Assembly: GCA_965216565.1 (NCBI GenBank)
Contig: OZ244170.1
Span: forward strand, 4,000,001-4,064,000
Reading direction: 5' to 3'
DNA from: Bythopirellula sp.
GTDB lineage: Bacteria > Planctomycetota > Planctomycetia > Pirellulales > Lacipirellulaceae
DNA length: 64,000 nt
Shown: piece by piece, positions 39,901 through 48,573 of the stretch
How the letters are laid out: each line of letters opens with the position of its first letter
Numbering within the stretch: position 1 is the first letter of the stretch
Position numbers and translations under genes: made by a program
Notes under the pieces: generated by a model
Database searches by the model: none
Seen by the model: only the letters and a program-made list of their open reading frames with translations
Told to the model about the DNA's origin: nothing

Positions 39901-41688
39901 TCCCTGGGAAGCCCAGGCAGCGCCACCGGCTGCTTGTTCCCAGGTGGCCGAGAGTTCATCCCAGGCCCGCTCCAGAGCATAGACTTCGTAGTCGTTGGAC
40001 GTGGAGTTAGTGACGTTCAGTTCCAAACGGGCGGAGGTGACCGTACTTCCAACCGGAATCGCACTGACGTCCCAACCCAATAGGGCCGCTTGATCAGGCT
40101 TACCATCGACTTCCAGGCTCGAGCTGGAGCCGAAGTTCGAGTTCGACTCGTCACTCATGATGTAGGTATCACGAGTGCCGTTGTAGTTGACGAAAGGGTA
40201 GATCCCATCCTGGAAGGCCATGGTCACCGGTCCCGAGCCATCGGTGACATTCACCGTCACTTGGTCCGACCCGGTGAGGAGTCCATCGTTGGCGGTAAGC
40301 TGCAAGACATAGTTACCTACCGTGGAAAACTGGGCGGAGGTGGACGCGGAGCCGCTATTGCCGAAGTTCACACTTCCAGGTCCCGAGACCACGGTCCAGC
40401 TAGTCGAGAGGTTCCCCGGGCTAGGCAGCCCATCGTCGCTCACTATGCCCGAGAGAGTGATCGATTCGCCTAAGAGTACCGACTGATCGCTGCCTGCATT
40501 TACCTGTGGTGGTTCGTTGATATCAATCGATCCGAAACTGAATAACACTCCCTCGGCGCGGCTCCCACGCGAGGCGAGAACAACGACTTCATCGGTGAAG
40601 TTTTGCTTCGTGCTCGTTACGTTATTCAGCGACCCAGAGATCAGTGTTTCACTACTGCCAAACGAAATATTGTTTGTCGCAGTTTCCTTGTACAGAATGT
40701 CGCCGCCTGAGTCGGATTCAGTGTAGGCCACAATCAAGCGACCCGCATCTTCGTTGAGGATCACAATGGGCCGCGTCCCACTGCCGGCGACGTCGTACAT
40801 GTTGTCCCATTGGCCATTGGGTCTGCGCACGAGCAGGGCGATTTTCGTCTGCCCTCCGCCATCATAACTCGTTTTCACGGCCGCATAGAGCGTTCCATCT
40901 GAGGCAACCGCCACATTGAGGTGATCGTCGGCCATACCACCGCCTCTGTTTTGTGCTGATTGCGAGGCGGGAATTTCGTCTGCGGACCACTGATTAGGGT
41001 TTGTGCCATCTACATGGTAACGAAAACCAAAACGCTCGGTCGATTGATTCGACCACAGCACGCCCACCGTGTTATTGGGCATGGCAGTGATCACAGAAAT
41101 ATCGTCACCATCAATGTTCGAAGCCAGCACGATCGAGCTACTCCAATTCGAATACAACCCGTCGCTGTAACGAACTTCGACGCTATCGGATTGATCGAAA
41201 GCGATCCACATTCGACCCAGAGAGTCGATATCGATAGTAGCGGTCTCGATGCCGCCCGGCAGCCCCATGTCGACGAGAGTGGGCCTTTGATCCCACATGA
41301 CATAGCTGTTGAGATTTGCATCGTACTCGACTGAGGCCAATTGGGAATCGGAGCCATCTAGCAGGAGAATATGCGCGAGGTCGTCGATCGATTTTACATC
41401 GGCCTTGTAGCTGCTATTCGAGGTAAGTTGAGTCGTCTGTGTCCATTCATCGCCGTCTAGCCGCGAGATCCAAGTGCCGTCATTATCCGGAACAACGCTC
41501 CACCATTGGTTAGCATATGTCCAGATTTTAGATTGTGGTTTTTCTCCCGTGTTGATTGAGGAATCGATCGAAAGATCACCGATCGGCGCGATCGAAAGCA
41601 TCTCTTTCGACTCGAGATACTCGAATAGCAACCTGCGTGAGCCGAAAGCGGATTGACCATGCGACTTGCTGTTGTGGAACATTAGCAC
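36964..41688 (-). CDS. Giant extracellular protein: LEPR-XLL-like leader, beta-propeller-like N-domain, six PKD/Ig-like repeats, two DNRLRE/CBM96-like domains, C-terminal LamG
   Basis: LLFEYLESKEMLS; six N.[AP]PQVNAG...DDGLP...W.VVSGPG repeats; TRDTYI...ALL.WD.SAIP.G..V.SA.L.L; GLVGHW...FDG...W.HVVATYDG...LYING...DDV.IY.RA. Confidence 0.82.
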   Translation of the reverse strand: MLMFHNSKSHGQSAFGSRRLLFEYLESKEMLSIAPIGDLSIDSSINTGEKPQSKIWTYANQWWSVVPDNDGTWISRLDGDEWTQTTQLTSNSSYKADVKSIDDLAHILLLDGSDSQLASVEYDANLNSYVMWDQRPTLVDMGLPGGIETATIDIDSLGRMWIAFDQSDSVEVRYSDGLYSNWSSSIVLASNIDGDDISVITAMPNNTVGVLWSNQSTERFGFRYHVDGTNPNQWSADEIPASQSAQNRGGGMADDHLNVAVASDGTLYAAVKTSYDGGGQTKIALLVRRPNGQWDNMYDVAGSGTRPIVILNEDAGRLIVAYTESDSGGDILYKETATNNISFGSSETLISGSLNNVTSTKQNFTDEVVVLASRGSRAEGVLFSFGSIDINEPPQVNAGSDQSVLLGESITLSGIVSDDGLPSPGNLSTSWTVVSGPGSVNFGNSGSASTSAQFSTVGNYVLQLTANDGLLTGSDQVTVNVTDGSGPVTMAFQDGIYPFVNYNGTRDTYIMSDESNSNFGSSSSLEVDGKPDQAALLGWDVSAIPVGSTVTSARLELNVTNSTSNDYEVYALERAWDELSATWEQAAGGAAWASQGADSAADRGTTVLGQLSASSSGNYELLLNGAGIAVVQSWVNDPSSNHGLIFQDYVDASNGIDFSSRETGNASDRPMLEVTYLSPGGNTINEAPQVNAGSNQSITLGQSVVLVGSANDDGLPSPGNLTTSWTVVSGPGSVSFGNNSSTTTTAQFSTAGSYVLQLTANDGQLTGSDQVTVTVNPGAPTNQAPQVNAGNNQTITLGQSVVLSGSVSDDGLPSPGNLSTSWTVVSGPGSVSFGNNSSTTTTAQFSAAGSYVLQLTANDGQLTGSDQVNITVNNLPTNQAPQVNAGNNQSVLLGESITLSGIVSDDGLPSPGNLSTSWTVVSGPGSVNFGNSGSASTSAQFSTVGNYVLQLTANDGLLTGSDQVTVNVTDGSGPVTMAFQDGIYPFVNYNGTRDTYIMSDESNSNFGSSSSLEVDGKPDQAALLGWDVSAIPVGSTVTSARLELNVTNSTSNDYEVYALERAWDELSATWEQAAGGAAWASQGADSAADRGTTVLGQLSASSSGNYELLLNGAGIAVVQSWVNDPSSNHGLIFQDYVDASNGIDFSSRETGNASDRPMLEVTYLSPGGNTINEAPQVNAGSNQSITLGQSVVLVGSANDDGLPSPGNLTTSWTVVSGPGSVSFGNNSSTTTTAQFSTAGSYVLQLTANDGQLTGSDQVTVTVNPGAPTNQAPQVNAGNNQTITLGQSVVLSGSVSDDGLPSPGNLSTSWTVVSGPGSVSFGNNSSTTTTAQFSAAGSYVLQLTANDGQLTGSDQVNITVNNLPTNSSGLVGHWSLDSTSGNTLTDSSGQGNHGNVNGSPQVVAGPTGSAMQFDGTSDYVEITDTPSLDMNQQITISTWIRPDAKGTQYLVKKADHGETDGFELSLSSSGKVFVRFNQASDKNDYRLNSTVTYPTDGNEWMHVVATYDGSSIKLYINGQLDNSRDEQFTIATNNLPLALGAQHGGYRAYSGGMDDVQIYDRAVDAAEVQSLYTNV
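37594..40487. repeat. Intragenic tandem duplication with a 1461-bp (487-codon) period
   Basis: 37594..39026 matches 39055..40487 with only about six substitutions seen. Shadow ORFs recur at exactly +1461. Confidence 0.95.
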
Positions 41689-42076
41689 CTTACCCGTGAC
41701 GACGACCGTTGATGTCCTGGCTAGACAGAAACGCTCGAAGCAATCTGGAAGAGAAAAGACGAAACCAGGCGGGGAGCTGGGAGGAAAGCTACGTGTGACG
41801 AGGGGAGAAAAGTCGTCGAGGAGTGAATCTCCATACTAGGCAGATGGAGAAAACGATCTCAAACAACTAGTTAGCAATTCTTCTGCCAATCCTCAGAAAT
41901 GGGCAGGACGGCAGGATGTCCGCCCCCTAATTGCAGCGGTCTTGCCAGCTAGAAGCCATCTATTAGCGATATTTATTGGTAGACGCGAAGATCTCTGCGG
42001 AAGCAGAAGCGTGTTGGAGAAATGAAACACGCTGAAGAGGTCTGTTGACGAAACGCAACAGAGGCACCGGTTGACT

Positions 42077-42138
42077 ATAGCTAAATTCGCAAGAATTCAG
42101 CCAATTGAGAGGTTTTGGATTCTTGCGAATCCAGCTAC
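42077..42138. repeat. Inverted REP-like pair (GTAG type)
   Basis: ATAGCTAAATTCGCAAGAATTCA vs reverse complement GTAGCTGGATTCGCAAGAATCCA, immediately downstream of the stop at 42157. Confidence 0.65.
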
Positions 42139-42156
42139 GCCAGATAGCGGACTGCT

Positions 42157-43551
42157 TTACGCCGCGTCTGCTTTGCTACGCTTTACGCTGCGGGAATCAG
42201 ATTCGTCCGCAGGGATCTCGAAAGAACAGGCGGTTTGGCCAGCCTCCTTGATGACTAGGCCAAATGATTTAGTCGCCACGCGATCTTCCGAGGCAGCAAT
42301 CTTAGGTTCACCGTGGACGAGTGCAAATTTGCAGTGCCCCTGGCGGAACACCCGTGGTGCCATCGTTGCAGGTCGTTGACGCCAATTTAGGCTTCGCTTT
42401 GAGGATTGTACCTCGATAGGTAGATTAAAAGCGTCGGTGTTTTCGGAATCAATAACCCACTCGGGCAACTGACGCACAAGGTCTGGCGTGGCACGCTCTC
42501 CAGGATTTAGTACTAGGACCCAAGGATACTGCGGCTTCTTGGCTTCTGCGTCGATCAGCAGATTGTCCTTTTCAACTAGCGGGCCATCGACATCGGCAGG
42601 TTTGTCGAGCGTGTGCCAGACTTGGAGCTCGACGGTCGAAGCGTTTGGTTCGACTAGCAGTATTTCATCCGCCACGTCTCGCACCGAGTCGATCGTTCTA
42701 ACCAGAGCTAGCCGATCAACGTCCTTTCTCGAGGCAGGGATAATGACCGAGATCCTGTTTGCAATCTCGGCCCCTAGATACCCTTGACGAAGTAGGTGGC
42801 AAGTCGGCATGTTGCTTTCGTTCGCCCACGATTTCAGCGTTGTCTGCAATAGTTCTTGGCGAAATACCTCAGCAGCTTCTGTATGCTCGCGCCAACTTCG
42901 AATGTGCAAAAATCTTTGCACATCTTCGATGTGCCGATGGCAAAGCCTGTTTTGGTCTCGGTGAAACTTAGTTTTCTCAAAATCAATCAGCCACACGCGA
43001 AGTGACTCGTCGACCATGAAGTTCTCTGGCTTGAGGTCGTTGTGGCTGATGTTTAGCCCAATCAATTTCTGCCAGATCTCAGCAACTTGGCGGGCAACGT
43101 TTTGTAAACTTCCAGCTGGCAAGGTTCCAGCACGAATCGCATGGAAGAGCGTCGAACCACTGATAAAATCGGTCAGCAAATAGGATCGGAAGCTCAAAGG
43201 TCCGACACCATCTACCACACAGCCTCGGACCTGCGGCACGGGGATGTTATTCTCAGCGAGCATGGCAGAGATCGCCGCGCAGCGGATGGCAGTTGGCTTG
43301 CGCCACAGCATGCGCGCTGTACGGGAAGCCGTCCCCCAAACATGCCGTTTGAGTAGGAAGCTTTGTTGGAAAGGATCCAGTTGCGGATTGTAGACCCGCA
43401 GCACCATACATCGATCTTTCTCTTGCAAGACGGTCGCTTGATGGATCAACTGCCGATCGGGATCGTCCCACAGGGCGTCGACAAGATCACTAGGCAAAGA
43501 ACGGTCGCACATCAGCTTGCGGGTTAGGCCCGACCGCTGAACTTCCAGCAT
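42157..43551 (-). CDS. Kdo/WaaP-like kinase fused to a degenerate GT2-like domain (paralog of 25633..27231)
   Basis: SHNDLKPENFMV and WLIDFE; ISVIIP..SVRDVADEILLV; WVLVLNPGE in place of LDADE. GGAG RBS before ATG 43551. Confidence 0.78.
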   Translation of the reverse strand: MLEVQRSGLTRKLMCDRSLPSDLVDALWDDPDRQLIHQATVLQEKDRCMVLRVYNPQLDPFQQSFLLKRHVWGTASRTARMLWRKPTAIRCAAISAMLAENNIPVPQVRGCVVDGVGPLSFRSYLLTDFISGSTLFHAIRAGTLPAGSLQNVARQVAEIWQKLIGLNISHNDLKPENFMVDESLRVWLIDFEKTKFHRDQNRLCHRHIEDVQRFLHIRSWREHTEAAEVFRQELLQTTLKSWANESNMPTCHLLRQGYLGAEIANRISVIIPASRKDVDRLALVRTIDSVRDVADEILLVEPNASTVELQVWHTLDKPADVDGPLVEKDNLLIDAEAKKPQYPWVLVLNPGERATPDLVRQLPEWVIDSENTDAFNLPIEVQSSKRSLNWRQRPATMAPRVFRQGHCKFALVHGEPKIAASEDRVATKSFGLVIKEAGQTACSFEIPADESDSRSVKRSKADAA

Positions 43552-43801
43552 GTTCTCCAACCGATGGTTCGAAAAAACTTGTCGCACGACTGATACCAAC
43601 GCGAAAAGACAGGCTGACTTCACAAATAGTGACGGTATGCTAACGTTTTCGACGAATCGGCCAATAGTACATCAACAGATACCGACAGGCTTCGCCAAAT
43701 ATCCAGTTAGCAGTAGAACTGACGACCGTGCGACGACAGCAGTGCATTCATCCGGCAAATGACCCAGAAAACGAGTCTCTACTCGCATTCTGTCACTATC
43801 C

Positions 43802-45958
43802 CTAGAGTGATCGACGACTCTCCGGCCCCAACAAGTGGTCGGTAAGCATATTCCAGACGTGGGTACCTACGCTTTCTCTCGGCGTCCCAAGGACGACCGA
43901 AGCACGTTGCCCCGCGTTGAGCTGCTTGCTCTGCTGGACGTCGAGCACAACCCTGGCCGTAAAATGAGGTTCTAGCAGTTCCAGTTGAGGCGACTGATCG
44001 GCAGAACTCAAGTCTGAAGCCGCTTGCCGCACAGGCAAAGGCCCGCCAAAGATTGCACAGAGGGCTGGATCCAGCGGTTCAAGCGATGCACGCGGTTGAA
44101 TACTCTCGATCCGACCGGAGAACCGGCCACCCGTGGCTAGGGACATATGAACGGGAATGTTATGACTGGTATGCAGCGCGGTCATGTCGCTTTGAGGAAT
44201 CGAGAACGCAATGGATTTTTGAGCTTCATTGCCGATCTGCAGTAGGGATTCTCCCTGGTGGAGAAATACACCGAGTTGGGAGTCCAAATTCCGCGACACG
44301 ACATGGCCGTTGACCGGTGCGCGGAGTGTAAGTCCTTCGACTTGCTCAGTCAGCTCTGCGAGTTGTTTCTCGAAGGCGGCAAGCTGTTGGCGTTCAGCGG
44401 CCAATGCGGCTAGCTTTCTCTGGCCAAGCAGGCTGCGGATTCGCAGTCGAGTGGCCGCAAGTTTTGTTTTTTGGATGGCATGATCCCGCAACAATATGTC
44501 GTTGCGTAAACGGGCCAACATTTGTCCCTGCCGTACAGAATCGCCGCTACGGACAAACATCTCCTCCACAAACCCATCGGTTTTTGATCTCACAACGGCC
44601 AGCGGTTCATAATCGACGATGCCAACGACTCGCTGCGCCCCAGGCCAAGGCAAGCACACCAAAGCGATGCCGCCGACGATTCCAATCGCTGTGAGAGTTG
44701 TTGCCATTCGGTATCGCATCGCAACGGCCTGGACCGATCGAGCACTTAGCAACCGAATCAATCGAAGTAACGGCGTGCCATACCAAGTGATCACAGCAAA
44801 CGCAGCGAGGACCACCCCTGCTCCGTGCCACATGGTTGCTGCTGCGACAATCAGTCCCGCGCAGACGAAAAGTCGCCAAACAAATGCAAGGATCGCATAC
44901 GTTCGGATCAACACTGCGCGACTGTCGAGTTTGAGTTCACTGTCTCGTGGCAAACCCAAAAAGAAGCGGCGAGCCCACCCACGCAGCCAACTATGGGCGG
45001 TAACGGCCAGATTCGGCATTTCAAGCAGGTCAGTGAGGATGTAATAGCCGTCGAAACGCATTAACGGATTCGCATTAAACAGCAGCGTAGTCACCCCGGC
45101 CATCAATACAAGATTGGCGCAAAATTGATTCATGATCCCGGGAGATGTCGCACTCCATATCAATGCAGCTAGTCCAGCGACGTAGAGTTCCAGTTGCATT
45201 CCCGCCGCGGAAATGTGCAGGCGTTGTAGGCGGCTACGAATTCGCCAGGCACTTGTCACATCGACATAGGCAATAGGCAACATCAGGATGAATTGCAAAC
45301 CCGTCTCGCGCACCGTCCCCCCATAACGATGGCAAACCAGGCCATGGGAAAGTTCGTGAATCACCTTGAGCAAGACCCAGGCAACAAGCAGACTAAGCTG
45401 TCCGGTTGGACTGAAGATCGCGCTCGTAGACTCTGCCAGACGATCCCACCGTTGTGCTACTGCCACTAGACCAAGTGCGACAATGGAGACGCCAACTACG
45501 GTGGCCCATTTGCAATAGATCCAAGCCAAATAGGGATAACATCGGGCGATCCACGCCTCGGGACTCCCTAGCGGAATTCGGAAGAAGATGGGACTGTTGC
45601 TTCCTGTTCGGCGCTTCGGCGCCGCAGCGGCTTGGGAGGAGGAGCATGACGTTGCGCTCTGCTCGCCCACTTCCAAGAGGTCATTCTGTGCGGCCCAACT
45701 CAGGATCTTCCGCGCCTGTGGTTCAGATAGCGGAGGGTCACCGAGCCACTGACACCCACTTGTGAGGGTATCCGCCCAAGAACTGTTTCCATCAAGCGAC
45801 GCTAACACCAGGTACTCACTTCGACCCAAGCGATAAAACTTTGTTTGGAGGGGATCCTCCAAAATATAGACAGTTTGCCCGGCTACTTGTTGCGGACGAA
45901 AGATAAGGTCGGACCGGAGTTTTGGCGACGGATCGTGTTGGTTGGTCGCTGCGGACAT
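43802..45958 (-). CDS. M50/site-2-type membrane metallopeptidase fused to an HlyD-like adaptor domain
   Basis: N-terminal PKLRSDL...YILEDP...FYRL domain; IHELSH (HExxH); NANPLMRFDGYY; C-terminal V.SG..V..GQ.L lipoyl half-motif, coiled coil and LRAP..G. Confidence 0.85.
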   Translation of the reverse strand: MSAATNQHDPSPKLRSDLIFRPQQVAGQTVYILEDPLQTKFYRLGRSEYLVLASLDGNSSWADTLTSGCQWLGDPPLSEPQARKILSWAAQNDLLEVGEQSATSCSSSQAAAAPKRRTGSNSPIFFRIPLGSPEAWIARCYPYLAWIYCKWATVVGVSIVALGLVAVAQRWDRLAESTSAIFSPTGQLSLLVAWVLLKVIHELSHGLVCHRYGGTVRETGLQFILMLPIAYVDVTSAWRIRSRLQRLHISAAGMQLELYVAGLAALIWSATSPGIMNQFCANLVLMAGVTTLLFNANPLMRFDGYYILTDLLEMPNLAVTAHSWLRGWARRFFLGLPRDSELKLDSRAVLIRTYAILAFVWRLFVCAGLIVAAATMWHGAGVVLAAFAVITWYGTPLLRLIRLLSARSVQAVAMRYRMATTLTAIGIVGGIALVCLPWPGAQRVVGIVDYEPLAVVRSKTDGFVEEMFVRSGDSVRQGQMLARLRNDILLRDHAIQKTKLAATRLRIRSLLGQRKLAALAAERQQLAAFEKQLAELTEQVEGLTLRAPVNGHVVSRNLDSQLGVFLHQGESLLQIGNEAQKSIAFSIPQSDMTALHTSHNIPVHMSLATGGRFSGRIESIQPRASLEPLDPALCAIFGGPLPVRQAASDLSSADQSPQLELLEPHFTARVVLDVQQSKQLNAGQRASVVLGTPRESVGTHVWNMLTDHLLGPESRRSL

Positions 45959-45962
45959 AAGA

Positions 45963-47387
45963 TCACCACCCCAACCACTGGGTCAGTGCCACATAAGGTT
46001 GATGGAATAGAATCCAACCCGTACGTGCCCAGCCCGCGCTCACGCGGGCCTGCCCTTGCATGCCGGGCCGCAGTGCGGCTTGGTGATTGGCCAATTCCAG
46101 TTCTGCAACAAACACTTGCTCCGCCCCACGAATTTCTGCCCGCGGATGAATGTTTTGTATGGTGCCCGTCCAGTGCTGGCCAGGAAATGCCTCGAGAGTT
46201 ACCGAGGTGACTGCCTCTTCTTGTGCATAAGTAACACTTTGTTCGGGAACGGCGACCTCGACCAGCACGTTGTCGAGCGGAGCAATCTCCATCAGGGTTT
46301 GACCAGTGGTTACCGGTGCACCTTCCACACGCTGTAGGTCGCCACTGATCACAACGCCATCGAATGGTGCGTGTATGGTCAGATGCTCTTGGCGGTCTCT
46401 CAGGAGTGCAAGCTGATGTTCGAGTTGCTCCATTTCTAGTCGTGCCAATTGAGACTCAGACGTTCTACGCTCAGCGAGAGCGGAGTCGCGACTCTTTTGT
46501 GCCTTCTCATAAGCGGCTTCCAAAGAGGCGATTTGCCAAAGGATTTCTCGACCGTCGAGCTCAACCAAGGGTTGGCCCTGCGTCACGACATCACCAGGCT
46601 CGACCAACGTTTGGACGAGCGTCGCCTCGAAAGGGGCCGCAACATAGCGGCGGGTGACAGGTTCCAGTACGCAGGAGCAATGAATCTTGTGAGGGAGAGG
46701 AACCGCCATGAGTGCTAAGAATCCAGCAACAGTCCACGCATACATGCGTCGCTTACTGCTGTCGCAGAATCGGCTGCGTAGCTGCTCGGTCAATCGGGCC
46801 CACGCACTCTGATGGGCCTTGCGGGAAACTTCCAGCGCTCCGGCAACCATTGGTTCGGCTCGACTCAACCACGCAGTGGCGAGCGATTGTTCGAGTTCTC
46901 CGTCGCCCCAAACTAACATCGCTCCCACTACAAATCCTGCCCCGTCCCGCAAAGTGTGGCTGACCATCCACTCACAGCCTACAAGCTGAGCGAGGTGTTC
47001 AAGTGTTTTGGCTGGCATGGCTCTAGTTTGTTGCCACGGGTACGCGAGTGGACTGGCAGCGAGAACGGTTTCGTCCAGCGCAGATTCGATGGCACGGACG
47101 CGCTCGGATCGGTGGTCGAGATCATTGCGAGTCGAAACTGCCTGCAAACTGCAAGTGCCATTGCGTCGCACCAATCCGATCGCCATTTGGCAACGCGCAA
47201 GCTGGGAAGGAAGGCAACGCGAGAGGGTTTGCGCTGCGGATGACAGGTCTGGGGCTTGAATTGATTCGAGTAGGAGCTGCAACAGTCCGGAGGCGGTTTG
47301 CTCGTCGGAACGGGGTGCGCAGTGATCGTGGTCGGGTCGGGAACGCGTCCCAACAGGAGAACCAATAGAAGGCGAAGTGATCGACAT
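45963..47387 (-). CDS. HlyD/RND-type periplasmic adaptor with an N-terminal GAF-like domain
   Basis: N-terminal cytoplasmic domain and TM, then YVAAPF..V.PGD.V..GQ.L, coiled coil, IHAPFDG and LRPGMQG. Confidence 0.82.
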   Translation of the reverse strand: MSITSPSIGSPVGTRSRPDHDHCAPRSDEQTASGLLQLLLESIQAPDLSSAAQTLSRCLPSQLARCQMAIGLVRRNGTCSLQAVSTRNDLDHRSERVRAIESALDETVLAASPLAYPWQQTRAMPAKTLEHLAQLVGCEWMVSHTLRDGAGFVVGAMLVWGDGELEQSLATAWLSRAEPMVAGALEVSRKAHQSAWARLTEQLRSRFCDSSKRRMYAWTVAGFLALMAVPLPHKIHCSCVLEPVTRRYVAAPFEATLVQTLVEPGDVVTQGQPLVELDGREILWQIASLEAAYEKAQKSRDSALAERRTSESQLARLEMEQLEHQLALLRDRQEHLTIHAPFDGVVISGDLQRVEGAPVTTGQTLMEIAPLDNVLVEVAVPEQSVTYAQEEAVTSVTLEAFPGQHWTGTIQNIHPRAEIRGAEQVFVAELELANHQAALRPGMQGQARVSAGWARTGWILFHQPYVALTQWLGW

Positions 47388-47429
47388 GGGAGGTAGGCAG
47401 GGAGAGGATTGTTTGTGGGGGGAGCTGGA

Positions 47430-48269
47430 CTACTTTTGCAGGTTGAGCGAACATGCCTGTCCGCTTTTCAGGCGAGCTTGTGGATTGGGAATTCGCACCT
47501 TGATGGCGACCGTACCACTCTCGGCATTGATAACGGGCGAGACAAATTCCACGGTGGATTCCACATGGTGTCCGTCTACGGGAAAGTAGACCGTTGCGGA
47601 ATCGCCTTCAGATACCTGGGAGGCGTTTACGCTATTGACGTCGAACATTGCGTAGAGCGGATCGAGTTGCACAAGCACAAGCAGGTGCGGATCGTTGGGG
47701 GCGGAAAACTCGCCCTCGTGCTTCAGCACTGTAGTTACCACTCCATCGATGGGTGCCCGAATCGTACGACGATCGATTTGGACTCTTATGCTCTCGTACT
47801 CTAGTTCCTTCAAACGCTGCTGCTCTCGAGCCGCGGTGAGTTGACCCTCGGCAATCGCCAGGTCGGCTCGGGCTCTTTCCAGTTCTAACTCACGAGCATG
47901 ACCGCTAAGTTGCAGAGATTCGAGTGCTTCGAGGGTATGCCGGCGTAGGTCGACCTCGGCTTCAGAGGCGTTAACTCGGCCGTGAGCATCCTTTGCCACC
48001 TTAGCGATTGCCAGCATCGCCGCTTGCACATCGATGTCGAGTTGCACTAAGGGATCGCCTTCGCGTACTTGAGTCCCTTCCTCCACGAACATGCGTCCAA
48101 TGATGCCCGATTCTGGAGCAGCGACATGAATAGTGCGGTTCGGTTCGGTGAAACCATCGCTGGCAGATGCATCATTGCCGATCGCTTCTGTCGCTGAGGA
48201 TAGAACGACCACCGATACGAGACAAAAAAGCGCGGCGAAGCACGGCCTGCGCAGCTTGGGAGTGTTCAT
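47430..48269 (-). CDS. HlyD/RND-type periplasmic adaptor subunit
   Basis: Signal peptide, then VAAPESG...V.EG..V..GD.L, IRAPIDG, FVSP.I.AESGT and N....LKSG. Confidence 0.85.
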   Translation of the reverse strand: MNTPKLRRPCFAALFCLVSVVVLSSATEAIGNDASASDGFTEPNRTIHVAAPESGIIGRMFVEEGTQVREGDPLVQLDIDVQAAMLAIAKVAKDAHGRVNASEAEVDLRRHTLEALESLQLSGHARELELERARADLAIAEGQLTAAREQQRLKELEYESIRVQIDRRTIRAPIDGVVTTVLKHEGEFSAPNDPHLLVLVQLDPLYAMFDVNSVNASQVSEGDSATVYFPVDGHHVESTVEFVSPVINAESGTVAIKVRIPNPQARLKSGQACSLNLQK

Positions 48270-48573
48270 AGGGAGGGCTTTCGTGGGAGTGCAGGCAGAC
48301 TTCTCACCGTAGTGGTCGCAGTCGCCTGTGGGGATTGCACTGGAAAATCTAGCTCACAAAACCAGGGCTAGCCTGCAAGTTGCCCGGGAAAACAAGCTGA
48401 TTGTCAGCGCGAGAGAGCTCGCGCAACTTGGAGAAGTGGTAAACGTCTGCGAAGACACTAGAGCCATTGCCGGTCTAGTCGTCAGAACCGCTACCAGCGT
48501 TATATCAGTTGTAAGAGGAGGGAAATGTCGCCTGCCAAATGAACAACGAAGTTGGCAGGAGTCATTCTTGCCT

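Noticed and set aside
41689..42070. Intergenic ncRNA or riboswitch
   Set aside because: Only a purine-rich leader and a short imperfect palindrome near 41901..41927 are visible; no recognisable RNA family.
43802..45958. RiPP/bacteriocin cluster suggested by the PqqD-like N-terminus, M50 and HlyD
   Set aside because: No precursor peptide or modifying enzyme is adjacent, and the radical SAM gene is over 40 kb away.
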